Source: Curvularia clavata (lineage: Eukaryota). Taken from it: DNA of 64,000 bases. A program made the translations under genes and the position numbers. The stretch lies in assembly GCA_023920165.1 (NCBI GenBank), contig CP089277.1, forward strand, positions 4,092,001-4,156,000. Direction: 5' to 3'. Under the pieces are notes generated by a model. It made no database searches and had not been told where the DNA came from. It was given only the letters and a program-made list of their open reading frames with translations. Shown here piece by piece: positions 13,877 through 27,351 of the stretch (its first letter is position 1; each line of letters begins with the position of its first letter).

Positions 13877-16125
13877 GATATGGGACTCTCGTTTCAATGA
13901 GCTATTGTTTCTGCTTTTCTTCTCGATCGTTTTTAGGGGTTGAGAAGAAAAGGGGAAGTGTGTTTGGGTTTCCCCAAACGTATGTTGTGTATTTTTTTCT
14001 TTTTTTTGTCAGCGGCATTGGGTATGGTGTATGGCGCATGGTGTTAGAGAACCGACTCGGCTTGTATATACCCTATGTCGTACACTGCTGAATAGCACGT
14101 TTTTGTGTCACAGGTCGTGACCGAGCAACAGCAAATCAGTAAACCGTGTCATGTGCACGTCTAGTGCTCATGCCTGGCACCAATGGCGCAAGCGAAATTG
14201 GTTCGCCTGCAATATATGTTCGAAGTCAACAGAGGGAAAAAAAAAAGAGGCCAGAAGTGCTTGGCAAAGTACAAACCAAAGTCGTCACTAATCAGTCATG
14301 TAGTCTATGCCGTGCACATGGCTAGTCCAATGTAGCCCAGGGGCGGGGCTAGACCATTGGCCGCCTTACCCCGTCCATCAAGTGGATCCCCAGAGATACC
14401 AAGCATGTGTATTTTAGGGGGGGTTGGGGAACACGGGATGCCCAGCACGAGAGAGATTGGTAGGTGTGAGAGGGCGAGAACCCAAACTAGTTTCACGCAT
14501 GCACCGTCTCCTAGCAACCACACATGCACTGCGCCTGTTCAGATGGTTTATCGCCATGCTAGTTTTGTTTATTGTGAACCAGGACATGTTGCGGTTGTTC
14601 TGACATTCTAGTCGTGGACATAGCTGCGCGGAAGAAAACCATCTGAATCTTTTCAACTCTGTTTTTCTGATCGATCTGTATTTCTTTTTCTACACTGCTT
14701 CAAGCCGCGGAACCGTCTGAAGCCGCAGCCGCGGGCCATGCAGGACGAGTGTGGCTATTATGTACTGCAAACTGTAAACCCTGGAAGTCACGAGCCGAAT
14801 TGAGAGTGACAAGCGGCCGAGTTTGCGGGGTTTAGCCGACGATATCCATGACTTGTTGGCAGTGTAGTCTGAGATGGAGAGGGTTGATACTGAAAGTCCG
14901 AAATGTTCCAGTCTACGGTTACAGTGCACTGTTGCTGGCTGAAGAGGCCCTTATGTGTTGATTGAATCCATAGCACAAGCCAGCCCACACGAGGAGCTAC
15001 CGCATGAAGCTGGGTCCGTTGCGGGGAAGGGTTAGGGCTAAGCGACAGGGTCAATACGCCGCGGATCCCTCGTGATCGAGTGGTTGTGCCACGCTTCGGG
15101 GCATTGTATCCCTCGTCCCCCAATATGTTTGCAGCGCGTGTTTCACAGGGCATGCGCAGGCGAGCTCCGCTACAACCACTCGGCGCTTATACCCTAAGGC
15201 GTTGCTGTGATAAGAATCCCAGGCGTTGTTGTCTGCAGGACGCGGTATCAGCGGCCAGTGAGCTTAGTGCCAACCTGGTTATCGGAATGGCTGACGATGG
15301 ACTGTAGCCACCGAGACTGGCCGAAAAGATAGCTTGAGCGAGCACCAGTCGGTCGACACTTTGCTGATTCGAGGTCGCGTTGCGTCACATGGGCCCTCTG
15401 GGTGGTGCGTGGATCCGCGTAGTGGAGGCAAGGCGAAAAAATCGGTGAATATCACTGTGGTAGCGCAGTGGATTGGTGTATGCTGGAATTGCGGGCGCTG
15501 CGAGTGGGCGTTGCTGGCATGCTTTTCTCCCTGGCCCCCTATGGTTGCTTCTTGGCGGCGTGTCCCATTGTCCCGGAATGGCGGTCTTGGACGCTCTCGG
15601 AGAAGACGATGGTGGTTCGTGCAAGCAGGGTAGCGGTGCGGTTGAGGTGCAGAGGCGCTAGGCACGAAGCAGCGCGTCAACCGAGGAGGGGCGCAGATTC
15701 GCCGCCGCTTATCACGGACTAGGCGGGTGGCCCAGCACGTTCATCTCCGTGATTCGTCAGTGCGCCGAGTGACAAGCCTGGGGAAGAGATAAGAACCCGG
15801 CAAGCGTTGCAGAGGCGGCCGGTACTGCGAGCAATCTGGCAACCGACTCAGCACTTCACCATGGCCTTCTGGAAAGCCGAAACGGCGCCAGGCCAATCGG
15901 GCGGCCCCAGAAGACACTGTGCCCATGTCCAAAAAGGCAGTTGCCAAGTGACATGTCGTTGCTCTGTCTGGGCCACCGACGGTGCGAATCCCTCCACTTT
16001 GGCCGTAGCGCGAGCCACGGTGCGAAAATATAATTCCCGTCCTGGCCGGCCCCAAGACGACAGCCAACAGTTCCTCATTGTTCAACTTGTTGCTGGGAAC
16101 TGCACCTTTGTGCCGCTTCGTTGCC

Positions 16126-18129
16126 ATGGCCGACACTACCAACCAGCACAACAGCTCCCCGCAGCAGGGCGTCGCGCGCAACAACGATCCCGCCCTCGAC
16201 ATTGCCCACGAGCACCAGCACCCCCACCTGCACCACAGTGCTCACGGCGCCCACCCTGACAACATTGTCTACACCTCGGGCACCACCGATGAGAAGCCCA
16301 GCGACTTCTTTACCCCCAGCGCCCTCGACGACAAGCACAAACTCGCCGCAAAGGGTGGAGATTACGACTATGAGGTCGAAAAGGCTACCCGCAGCTCCTC
16401 CGATCCCGACGTCATCGAGGGCGACAACAAGACGAAGCCATGGTATTCGCCTTCTTCTCTATACCGCAAATACAGGCTGCTTGTCCACATCTTCATCGGA
16501 TGCCTCTTTACTGGGTAAGGCGCATTCCCGCGTTAATTGTCTTGCGCATAGCGGGCTGACATGAACTTTTTTTTTTCCCTTTGCAGATGGTGGATCGCCA
16601 GTGTAGTCGTCCATCGCAAGGACAAGAATTGGATCATTCCCTTCTTGTTCTGGCTCGCCATCATGATCCGCTTGATTACTCTCCACATTCCCATCACCGT
16701 CGTCACCAAGCCCATGCACTGGGTCTGGAAAAACACTGGCACCCGCATCGCAAACCTCATTCCAGAGAAGATGCGCACCCCGGCAGCCGGCTTTCTTGTC
16801 ATTGCTGTCATGATTGTCGGATCCTTTGCCAGCGACGAAAGTGAAGACAACACCCGTGCAAACCGCGCAGTCTCCCTCTTCGGTCTGCTCGTCTTCATCG
16901 CCGGTTTCTGGGCCACGTCGCGCCACCGCAGCAAGATTGTCTGGCACACGGTCATTGTCGGAATGCTCCTCCAGTTCGTCATCGCCCTCTTCGTCCTCCG
17001 CACCACGGCTGGATACGACATTTTCAACTTCATCTCCGAACTGGCTCGTTTGCTCTTGGGTTTTGCCAAAGATGGTGTTGCTTTCTTGACCACTCCCGAC
17101 ACGGCAAACTTGACTTGGTTCTTGATCACTGTCATTCCGGCCATCATCTTCTTCGTGTCCATTGTCCAGCTCTTGTACTACTGCGGCGTCCTCCAGTGGT
17201 TCATTGGCAAGTTTGCCGTCTTCTTCTTCTGGTCCATGCGAGTGTCTGGCGCCGAGGCCGTTGTCGCTTCCGCGTCTCCTTTCATCGGTCAGGGTGAATC
17301 CGCCATGTTGATCAAGCCTTTTGTTCCCCACCTTACCATGGCTGAGATCCACCAAGTCATGTGCTCTGGATTTGCTACCATCGCCGGTAGTGTCTTGGTT
17401 GCCTATATTGGTATGGGACTCAATCCCCAGGCTCTCATCTCTTCCTGTGTAATGAGCATCCCTGCTTCTCTGGCTTTCAGCAAGCTCCGCTACCCTGAAA
17501 CCGAAGAGACCCTCACAGCCGGTCGCGTCGTCGTTCCCGATGACGATGAACACAAGCCTGCCAACGCACTCCACGCTTTCGCCAATGGCGCTTGGCTCGG
17601 TCTCAAGATTGCCGGCATGATTGTTTCCACACTCCTGTGTATCATTGCCCTTCTCAGCCTGGTCGACGGTCTGCTTACTTGGTGGGGTCGTTATATCAAC
17701 CTCGACGGAGATTATGATCTGACGCTCGAGTTGATTCTCGGCTACCTGTTTTACCCAATCGCTTTCCTGTTGGGTGTATCTCGCGAGGGCAAAGATCTGC
17801 TGCTCGTTGGCCGTCTGATTGGTGTCAAGATCATCACTAACGAATTCGTCGCCTTCTCCTCTCTCGTTGACAAGGACCCAAAGTCTCCATACCATACCCT
17901 GTCCCCTCGATCTCGCGTCATCGCTACCTATGCCCTTTGCGGTTTCGGTAACATCGGATCTCTCGGTACTCAGATTGGTGTGCTCAGCCAAATCAGCCCC
18001 GGTCGCAGTGGTGACGTCTCCCGCGTTGCCGTGTCGGCTCTTGTCACTGGTGTCTTCTCCACCTTGTCCAGTGCATCCGTCGCCGGTCTCGTCATTGTGG
18101 ACCAGGCGAAATTCAGTTCAGGCTCATAG
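16126..18129 (+). CDS. Concentrative nucleoside transporter (CNT/SLC28 family)
   Basis: ASPFIGQGES, VMCSGFATIAGSV, NEFVAF, YALCGFGNIGSLG motifs; many TM segments. Intron 16515-16586. Confidence 0.93.
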
Positions 18130-19773
18130 GCGTCTCTGGCGGGACCGACCATATGTAGCGCAGCAAAGGCGCAATTATTTGATACGAGTTACTGGATTAG
18201 TACTCCTACAAAATGTCCACTTTTCTAGTTAATTAGTTTATTTGGTGTGCAAGGAAGATACCCACTTCAATTGATGATCGAAACACTCCATTACCGTCCT
18301 GTTGAGGAATTGATTTCTTCTCACTTGGACTTTTTGCCATGTGTGCTGTGTGTGAGCTGAAGACGTGCATTCCGGGAATTGACGGCAGACCAATCTGTCA
18401 TATAAAACATCGTTTTCGCACCGCCCTTCAGCTGCTTGGCGCCGCCCTTCAGCTCAATGACATGTTGCCCTGAAGCGGTTAGCGTATCGATTCAGGTTAG
18501 ATAACAAAATTGGCGGCCCCCCCAAAATACCAATCACCTTGAAGAGGACTTACCCCATACTATGAGCTTTTCGAAGCACTGGAGCAAGAATTGGCACAGT
18601 TATAAGAATTCACTAACCTATGGCATACTGTATTCCCTGTTTTTTTTTAATAAGACACGTAATGAGATAGTACGTGACCACACATGAGTTTTATCAGTCA
18701 TGCTTTGATCCCTCATGTCAATGATGAATGGCATTCGACGTCTCCCGCGCCGCATCTACCGCACATCTGCATCACTTCAAAGTAACCGCCTCAATATTGC
18801 CCTTCGCCCCCCTGCAACTCTCTAAATTCCGTTTTACTCAGCCTGGTTTCTCTTTTAAAACCCAGTGTGTGTTCAATATACAGGTACCCACGTATGCACG
18901 ATGACGACGCAACCCTCCTCAGCAAATAGGAGGTGGCTATCTCCAAGCTCACATACCCCAAACCAACAACTATGCGTGCCTGTCAGTGGACTGCTACGGG
19001 GGCTGGTGTTATCCCCTGATGCGCAAGATACAAATATCGCTAGAAAAAGTGTCCTCTTTGCAGTGCACCGCTACCATCTAATTCCTCAGATTAGGGGCGG
19101 AGAGTCATCAGTTGGTGCTTCATTTAATCCTCCTCAACTCGCACTGCCTGTGGGCAAGTTGACATGCGGCAGTGTTCAATTTTTATTTTTTTCAAATGTC
19201 CCAACGAGTTACATAACATTCGAACAGCATAATTATAAGACGCCAAGAGATTCTCGCTCAACTTTCAGCAAAGAGAAGGCTGTTTGAATGTTTTCTCATT
19301 TTATACAAGCCTATAAACGCCTTCCATGCTCCGTAATACTAAAACAACCCAAGCGCATGCCAGCGCAATATTCCAGACCAAAAATTAAACTCCCTCGAAG
19401 GATATATAAGACTGAGCTTGTTCGTTCCTTGTGTCCCAATGGGTATCGTAAATCATCAAACTTGCGCTGTCCATTGGACGCTCGAAAGGCCAGTTATCAA
19501 GTGTTTAAACGCCGTTTTTTGCAAATGCTTCCGAGACGCCTCGCTTGCTGAAATTGGACAAGAAAGCCATGAATTGGGATCCCAGCCATACCATTGACAA
19601 ATATTTCCGAGGGTCAATGTGGAGAACCTTCTCCCAAGAAGAGGAGGAGGAGCGCGTCACATACCCAAAAACCGAGATGTGATACTTACCAACTTACCGT
19701 TGCGCGTAGAGTCGGGTGAAGGATACCAGCTTCGTTGCGCAAACCGGTAGTTATGGTGTCCGAGTCATGTGAT

Positions 19774-21582
19774 TTACCGAATGGTCATCTGCTTAACGGC
19801 ACTGGCCTTTGTTGAAGCAGAGCCAGCTGCGGCAACCGAAGGCTGTCCAGGCTTCTTCTCAAAGATCTTCCAGAACTTGAGCGACTCATCGGCGGCAGCA
19901 GTAGCAAGCATCTGGCCGTCGGGGCTGAGGCAGCTGTGAAGAACGCGAGACTCATGAGCAGGGACTTCCATGTTCTTAACACCGGATGGGTAGCTCCAGA
20001 TGCTTAAGCTGTTATCGGGGAAGCCACCAGTGCTGACAATCTCCTTGTAGTGGGTGCTCCAGCGAAGGCTGGTGACCTGGGAGTCGGTGGGGATGTGGTT
20101 GATACGCGCACCAGTAGTAGTGTTCCAGAAGTAGATCTGACGGTCGTTGGAACCACCGCCAGTGGCAAGGAGGTTGGATTGCCATGGGCACCAGGAAACA
20201 GCCTTGACAGCAGCGCGGTGGTTGGTCTTGGTAAACTTGGGGGCAGCAAGAGCGCGAGCGTCCCAGATGTTGACCATGTTATCGTTGGCGCCAGTGGCGA
20301 GCTGGGCACCGTCGGCGCGCCACTCGAGACCGCAGACCTCACCAGTGTGGGAGACGAGCTCGGCAACCTTGTGCTGGGCAACGCGGACGTCGTGGTTGTA
20401 AACAAGACCGGAGCGAGCACCGGTAGACAGAATATGCTTGTTCCATCCCATGACACCAACGCGGGTCTCGTGGCCGAACATGCTGCGGAGCTTGGTCTGC
20501 TCCTCAACATCCCAGATCTGAACCTCACCCGTACCGAGACCAACGCCGACGTATGCGCCGTCACCAGACCACTTGACGGAAGAGATGTAGGTGTCGGCGG
20601 GGCATTCGAGGAGTGAAGCTACCGAGCCAGTGTCGGCAGACCAAACGTAAACGGAGCGTTCAAGGCCAATGGCAACCTGGTTGCCAGAGGACCAGTCGAG
20701 AAGGTTCAGGTAGTAGTCATCGACAAGACCAGGAGCATCCAGAACACGCTCAGGTGCTGAGGGGATACGGCGGCGGCTCTGTGCGTTGGCGCTGCTGGCG
20801 GGCCTGAGGGGGCGGTTGTACTGTGAGCGGAGGTCGATAGGCTTGGATGACTCTGGCGGCGCGGGCTTGAAAGCGAGAATGCGTGTGTTGTTGTTGATGC
20901 CGCATGCTGATGCGAGTTCAGACTGGTATGCTGCCCGACCAGGGGTTGGCTTGGATCGTGATCGACCCTCTTCCTCTTCATCGTCTAGGGTGAGGCCTTC
21001 GAGAGACAACGCTACATCCTCCTCTGAACCACGGCCACCAAGATCAAAGGCACTGGCGGCGTTGGCAAGTACTGTGGAACCCTCAGACTTGGAGCTGGAC
21101 TTGGGACGCTCATTGTCGAGCTTAGCGGCACCAGTGCTGCGGATAGCCTCGCTAGCTGTCCGGTTGGGGATGAAACGATCGGCAGAGTTGTATGCGATGC
21201 GGGTCTTTGTCGGGCGAGCGCGGACGGTGGTAGTGTCCTTCTTCTCCTTCTTTGTCTTTGTGGTCGTGGCCTTGGTAGCAGCCTTGGTAGTGGCGGCAGT
21301 TCCGGAGAGAGCCCATTCTGATACGCCAAGCTCTAGGCGGCGAGGAGTGTGGTTGCGAGCAATGTTTGACTTTGGTGAGTCACGGGTGGTCTTGGTGACT
21401 GAGCGCTGGAGGCGTGACATGAAGCTGCCGCCATGGATAGATTCGCGTGTGTTGGCATCAGGGGTCTGAGTGCGTGGGGTGCGAGGAGAGGGTGTCAGTG
21501 GCATGCGACCGCCAGCGGTGCGAGTGTTGAAGACGGAAGAGGTCTTTTTGACCGGAGTCAAGCAAACTGTTGGCGTTGCCAT
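19774..21582 (-). CDS. CDC20: APC/C activator Cdc20/Slp1 (WD40)
   Basis: C-box DRFIPNR, ERVLDAPGLVDDYYLNLLDWS, WD40 repeats, C-terminal IR tail (KQMTIR). Intronless; first ATG at 21582. Confidence 0.95.
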   Translation of the reverse strand: MATPTVCLTPVKKTSSVFNTRTAGGRMPLTPSPRTPRTQTPDANTRESIHGGSFMSRLQRSVTKTTRDSPKSNIARNHTPRRLELGVSEWALSGTAATTKAATKATTTKTKKEKKDTTTVRARPTKTRIAYNSADRFIPNRTASEAIRSTGAAKLDNERPKSSSKSEGSTVLANAASAFDLGGRGSEEDVALSLEGLTLDDEEEEGRSRSKPTPGRAAYQSELASACGINNNTRILAFKPAPPESSKPIDLRSQYNRPLRPASSANAQSRRRIPSAPERVLDAPGLVDDYYLNLLDWSSGNQVAIGLERSVYVWSADTGSVASLLECPADTYISSVKWSGDGAYVGVGLGTGEVQIWDVEEQTKLRSMFGHETRVGVMGWNKHILSTGARSGLVYNHDVRVAQHKVAELVSHTGEVCGLEWRADGAQLATGANDNMVNIWDARALAAPKFTKTNHRAAVKAVSWCPWQSNLLATGGGSNDRQIYFWNTTTGARINHIPTDSQVTSLRWSTHYKEIVSTGGFPDNSLSIWSYPSGVKNMEVPAHESRVLHSCLSPDGQMLATAAADESLKFWKIFEKKPGQPSVAAAGSASTKASAVKQMTIR

Positions 21583-21868
21583 GACTGCTAGCCTCAAGCT
21601 GGACTAGTGTGAGTTAGCTGCTTCGATGCCGTGTCTGGCGTGGTGTTCATACAGTGTAGGCTTTTGGATGTGGTGTATGGCGTAAGGATTAGTATTAGGC
21701 AATGGTTGTAATGGATGCTCTCAAGTATGGATTGAAAAGGAATTGATTGATTGAAATGCGGGCTCAAGACAGCAGCACAGGGGCGAGTTGAGTGGGCAGA
21801 GTGTGTGTGTGGTGTGGTGTGGTAGTGGATATGGGACGAGGCAGGTATGGGGGCGTTTAAGTATCCTT

Positions 21869-21875
21869 TGTTTAC
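21869..21875 (-). promoter_or_regulatory. Candidate forkhead (Fkh/Sep1) site GTAAACA upstream of CDC20
   Basis: Exact GTAAACA ~290 bp upstream of the CDC20 ATG. CDC20/slp1 are known forkhead targets in yeasts, but a single 7-mer can occur by chance. Confidence 0.35.
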
Positions 21876-22391
21876 GCTTGCCGTCGACGGGGCAACGGCC
21901 GCCGGGTCCTTGTCACGTGCCAGTGTGTGAGCGGCTGGGCGCCGGAGGACCGATGACATCACATGACTGGCGCTCAATAATGTCGAGGCGGTCTGCAATA
22001 GAGTGCGACTGACGTGAGGCGATGCATGCACCCATGTCGTGATGTCGCCTGCTTTGCTGCTGGCCTGTGGCGCATGCCTCCAATCTCGAGCTGAAATTGA
22101 ACCGCCTGCCTACATACTTCATCTGTGCGCACTGCTTGCTCTGCAGCCTGTCGCTGTCCTGCGCTTCTCACTCGACTGCTTGAGCTGTGGCCAAAGACAC
22201 CCTTCCCCTTGGGTAGCAGGGCTGAGTCGTGCGTCGGCGCTTCCGCTTTCAGGTCGGGCGGTGTCGGGCGGCAGTATGCACGACCAGCCAACTCAACTCC
22301 GTCAAACATTCTAGCACTCTAGATACAAAGACCGCCTCTGCCCACCCGGGCCTGCACCACACACGCACCGCTCGCTGCCACCGACTCATCT

Positions 22392-24709
22392 ATGGCTCAC
22401 ACAGTGTCTCGCTCCACTTTTCTACCTACAACCCCCACCCCCGCCACCACGTCCGCTCCTTCACCCGCCCTCTCGCACTCGCACACGCCTGCGCAAGGCT
22501 CGGCCGGATCCACCAACAACAACACTTTCCTCATGTCTGCGAGCCCCGTGCGGAACCGCAGGTCCGCCGCAGAAGGCTACAAACCCAAGATGATCTCCAC
22601 CATTGGAGCCAAGCCTGCCTGCCTCGTCAATGCCTCGGTCACGTACGTTGGCGACGATCAAATTTACGCTTTTGGAGGATTCGATCAATATACAGATGAA
22701 GGCACGTTGTACATGTAGCGCCAATGGGGACACTCAGAGGCTCTTGTTTGCAAGCACCAGGTGCTAACTTTTTCTAGTATACAACCATGTCCTCCGCCTC
22801 AACCTCGTTACCCGGCAATGGAATTTGGTCGACAACTATGGCGACATTCCAGGCGTACGAATGGGTACGTTTCCCTTCCTTTGCATTCACCCTTCCCCTT
22901 GTCTCATATTCTGATTTAGGGCATACCGCATGTCTTTGGCAAGGCAATAAGCTTCTCGTATTCGGCGGTGAGAACGAACATCGCCAACACCTGGCCGACG
23001 TCATTGTCTTTGATCTCAAAACCGCACACTGGACACAACCAGAATTACATGGCCCAATCCCGCGTGGCCGTGCTCGGCATTCTGCAGTAATCTACGACGA
23101 CAAGCTATACATCAGTGGAGGCCAGACTGGCCATGACAGTGTCCTGGACGATATTTGCTATCTCGATTTGAAGACATGGACCTGGTCGCGCACATGGAGA
23201 TTCGTGCCTCGATACGACCACGCCAGCTGGATCTGGAACGGCCGAATCTGGATCTTTGGCGGAATCAACGATGAAATGGAGAAAAACAATGAGATTTGGT
23301 GGCTTGATCTCCGCGGGAGCCCAGAATTTGAGCACGCAATGAAGTACGGAACCGGCGACCGACAGCTCATGTCCTCACGCCATCGCTATCCTATGCCAGC
23401 TTCAGGCCAGCTTGCTACGGGCAGCTCAGGTTATACTGCCAACTCCAGTGTCCAGTCGTATCACGCAATGGGCTCTAGCCGCTCGCCCTACGTTGCACCT
23501 GGATCCATATCTTCACTCAAATTCCACTCCAGCCCAAACCTACCTTCGCAAGCCGCCGGAACGCACTTTCACATCTTTTCTTCTGGGTGCATGCTGGATT
23601 TTGTCACGCCTGCTGAGCTCAGCTGCGAAACCAGTCTCTCCAGCTTAGAACTCGACACACTGCGATGGCAAAAGCTAGCAGAAGGAAGGGATCTGTACAG
23701 CCCTAACTACCGCTGGCATTACTGTACCATGAACCCCGAAGGTACACACGCCTGGTTGTTAGGTAGTCCAGTCGAGTCGGCAAACGATGGAAATCACAAT
23801 GGCGAGTACCTCAGTGATGTGCTGGCCATTGACCTTCGCAAATACGGCATTTTAGGTAATGAGCTGGCCTCAGACACACGCTCTAAGATGATGCCTTCTT
23901 CAGACGCCAACGTTTCGTCTCATCTCAGCGGCATTGGAGCGGACCTGTCTTTGACTTTCGACCAGCCACCTGAGAGCGGTAGTGGCGCAGACTTCATCAT
24001 CACTGCAGATCCTGATGACGATGACTACAGCGATGTCGCCGCACATGATTCCAACGCTTCGTCGACAGCCGTCGCACCGGCCTCGCGTCCGATCCACGTC
24101 CACAAGCTCATTCTGCACGCCCGCTGGCCGCATTTTGCTCGTCTGTGGAACGCACAGATGGCCGAGTTCCATTCGAAAAAGATGCATATTCCCGAGCCAT
24201 ATTCTGCGGTGCGCGCCTTTCTGTTCTACCTCTATACTGACAGCATTGCACCCAATCCCCAGAATGGCCCAACGTTGAGTGACGTGGCTGGTATGCTCGT
24301 CATGTCCAACATCTACGATATGCCTCGTCTTCGACTTCTGTGCGTCAATCGCCTCGGCCGCGAGCTAGACGTTGAGCATGCAGCCATAATATGGGAGCGT
24401 GCTGCCACAGCTGGCGAAGAGTGGCTCAAGCAGCGCGCAGCTACCTTTTGCATGCAGAACTTTGGACGAGTCGTACGCACTGCAGGCTACCGAAACCTCA
24501 GCCCTGCGAGTCTAATTGAGTTGAGCTGCGAAGCTGCGCCAGAAGCGCGTATAATTGGTGGAGAGGACCTAGACCTCCTGAGCCAGATCACCGGTCGCTC
24601 CTTCAACGGGAGTAACCGCAAACGCAGCTTGGGTAGCGCGGGCGTCCTGACTGGCGGTGAAGACGACGACATTGAGGAAGTGGAAGACGATGGTATGGAC
24701 GTTAATTAA
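22392..24709 (+). CDS. Kelch-repeat + BTB/POZ protein (LZTR1/Ral2-like architecture)
   Basis: Kelch repeats (IYAFGG, LLVFGG, LYISGG, IWIFGG) and BTB (ADFII..IHVHKLILHARWPHF..AFLFYLYTD). Introns 22702-22777 (GC-AG) and 22865-22919. Start could also be 22533. Confidence 0.88.
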
Positions 24710-25550
24710 AACAAAATTGCTAAAGAGGGGCGATGGTTTTCTGACTTTTGTTCGTAGTAGGCTTTTGATACTTTTCCGCCTGTTTTTGTTTGTCATACAG
24801 CATCATGGCGTGGCGCTCGGAGAATGTTTCTCTTTCTTTCTTCGGTTTTTGGGAAAATATAGCCAAAGGAAAGCGGGCGTTTTTCTTTTTTGCTGTGTCG
24901 GATACATCGCATTCTCTGGAGAAACACATCCCCAATGACTTTCATGATTATGGGCGTTCTTGTGGCTCGATTCGGGTAACTTTTTTTTTCCCTTCCCTCC
25001 CTTCAGTAAGCATGACCCACTCACGATAATATGAATGCAAGTTACGACGAAGTATTTGATTTACGAAGATGTAGAATTTCCTTACTTTCAGCTTGAGTTG
25101 CTGGCGTGATATGTCTATCCGTGTCTAAGAACCTGGATGTCTACATAGTAAAACTGAGCTACCTCCGATAGAATCTCTTCTTTTGTCCACTCTCTGCAAG
25201 ACACCATCAACAACCAAAGTGTGAAGGAGATTTCACGCAGTGCAGGTGAAAGAGCGGATGGGAGAAGGAAGACAATCTATTTGAGGGTCGGAAATAGCAA
25301 AATACTGAACTAACTTCATGGAAGTGGAATGACCAGTAATCATATTGCTGATCGATTAGCTTGTCAAGTTTGTTTCTTCTTTGCTTCCCGCTAGCTGCTT
25401 AACAAGCTACAAAAAGTACAGAGTAAACAAAGAAACTGCATAAGAGAGCGAACAGAAAAGCAGAGGTGAGGAAACGGGGGCAGAAGGAGACCAAGGCAAC
25501 AGTCGAATATGCCTTTTCGGGCCTGGGTCCTTGCACAAAGAACCCTTCCT

Positions 25551-27351
25551 CTACGCATACCTAACCTTCCTCCCACCCGTCTGCCTCGGCATTTTGTAAC
25601 TCACAAACACGCCCTTCCTCATCGCATAATCAATCGCATCGCGGCCACTAATCCGCGTGCAATTATCTACCTTCAGATGCCTCAACTTGGGTAACTTATC
25701 CACCAGCATCTTGACCGACGCGCCCGTGATACGTGTATCTGAGAGATCAATACCCGTAAGCCCCGTGTCAAACGTAAGAAGCTGCTCGACATCATCATCG
25801 GTACATGGCATGGTGCTCAAGTCGAGGCTCTCGAGGGCTGGGGTAAAAATGCGGGGAGATTGACACAGGATGTTTTCGGGGCCATGGCAAAGTGTGGCGT
25901 CGGAGTCGAGTGTGCAGCGGAGAGAGAGGTGCTGGAGTGGTTTTCCGTTTACTAGCCGCTCGGTGTCACCATTATCCAGGTAGGAATCCAGCAGCCATTT
26001 GATCTTCTTTGCATTTATAGTATATCCAGATACAGAGAGGTTTGTGAGGTCTGGAAGCTGGCTGGAGACGAAGCGAGGATCGTTGGGGAAATCATTCAGT
26101 ACGCCACCAAGCGCATTGTCCATGACAAGATGTTGTACTGTAGTGGGAATGAAGAGGTGCACAAAGGATCCGACGAATTCTAGATTAAGCGTTTTGAGCG
26201 GAGGCAGCTCAGATTCGTCGCCCAGCCAGTCCTGACGTACAGACTGAAAGTTGACATCGGAGATGTTGAGCTCTCGAAGCGAAGGTGTTAGCCTCATGAG
26301 CTTGTGGAGTTCGATCTTCGATGCATCTCTGGTTTCACGCCAACCCAAACTAAGCGTGTGGAGGTGCGAAAGCATTTTTGGCCATGATATTGGATGCTTG
26401 CTTTCTACGATTGAGTGGAAACCGACGTGCTCCAATTCAGGTCGGGCATTCAAGATCTTCACCATAGTATCTTCCTTTAAGGCTGCACGAACAACGAGTT
26501 TCTTCAGGTTAGGACTCTCTTTGGCAATGTCGACTAGTGATTCTGACGTCACTTTTTTTGGCAGAGACCTAATCTCTATGTCGACTAGTCCTTTGCCGGC
26601 TTTGGCTAGATTCTTGATGACATCCATGTGCTCAAATTCGAGGAGGGTGAGTTTTGACATGCGGAAGCCCGAACGCTCGAAAGCGAAGTTGACAAAGGAG
26701 CGGGGCGGAGGCTTCAATCCGTATCTTAGGTCGAGATGCATCCAGAGTCGGGGTAATCCTGCAATGTAACTGTGCCAGCCTTTGCTGACGCGCATGCAGT
26801 TGACCATCTGGCGGAAAGTGAGATACTCCAGTATGGTTTCTGCGAGCTCTTTTGGTAAGACAGAGAAGGGGTCAACGCATGCGGCTGGTGAAAGATCGCG
26901 GATGAGGTTGTCATGCAAGTCTTGTAGAATCTGGCTGAACGTTAGCAATAGCCCATAACCTCACATCTACAAATCGGATGGAGAACAGAGTATACGCAAA
27001 AGCACATGCCTTGAATTGCGGATCTTTGGGGCCGAATCTCTTCATTCCGTACTTGTATATCTCCAGCGCTTTCTCCCCTTTCCCCATCTTCTCCAATGCC
27101 TGCCCCACCCTATAGTATCCTCTGACATTCGTCGCATCCAGTCGAATCATTTCCTTCCCATCCTTGACTGCCTCACCGAATCTTTCGAGCTTGATATAAG
27201 CGGCAGCCCGATCATCGTACAAATCGACAGTAGGTTCCGAACAAATCGAAATGCCCTTGGTAAACGTCATTACCGCCTGTGTGTATTCTTTGCGTTTGTA
27301 GAAAGTACGACCCAATTGCTGATATTCTTTTGCTGACATGTGGCGGGACAT
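25551..27351 (-). CDS. TPR + F-box + LRR protein (Dia2/Pof3-like)
   Basis: N-terminal TPRs (GRTFYKRKEYTQA..DDRAAAYIKL..GYYRVGQAL), F-box DPFSVLPKELAETILEYL..RVSKGW, C-terminal LRRs. Intron 26931-27009 (GC-AG). Confidence 0.85.

Noticed and set aside
14100..16100. Many short overlapping ORFs and several GATA motifs upstream of the CNT gene, plus a small hairpin at ~14327-14360
   Set aside because: GC-rich intergenic DNA with no motifs or splice-supported model. GATA sites are plausible AreA targets but too short to support without conservation data.
16459..17991. 510-aa antisense ORF over the CNT transporter
   Set aside because: Shadow of strong codon bias on the sense strand; no recognisable protein features.
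18421..18454. 13-bp direct repeat CCGCCCTTCAGCT x2
   Set aside because: Only two copies; a local duplication with no further structure. Not CRISPR-like, and the genome is eukaryotic.
20050..21469. Plus-strand ORFs (188 and 227 aa) opposite CDC20
   Set aside because: Antisense shadows of a highly biased conserved gene.
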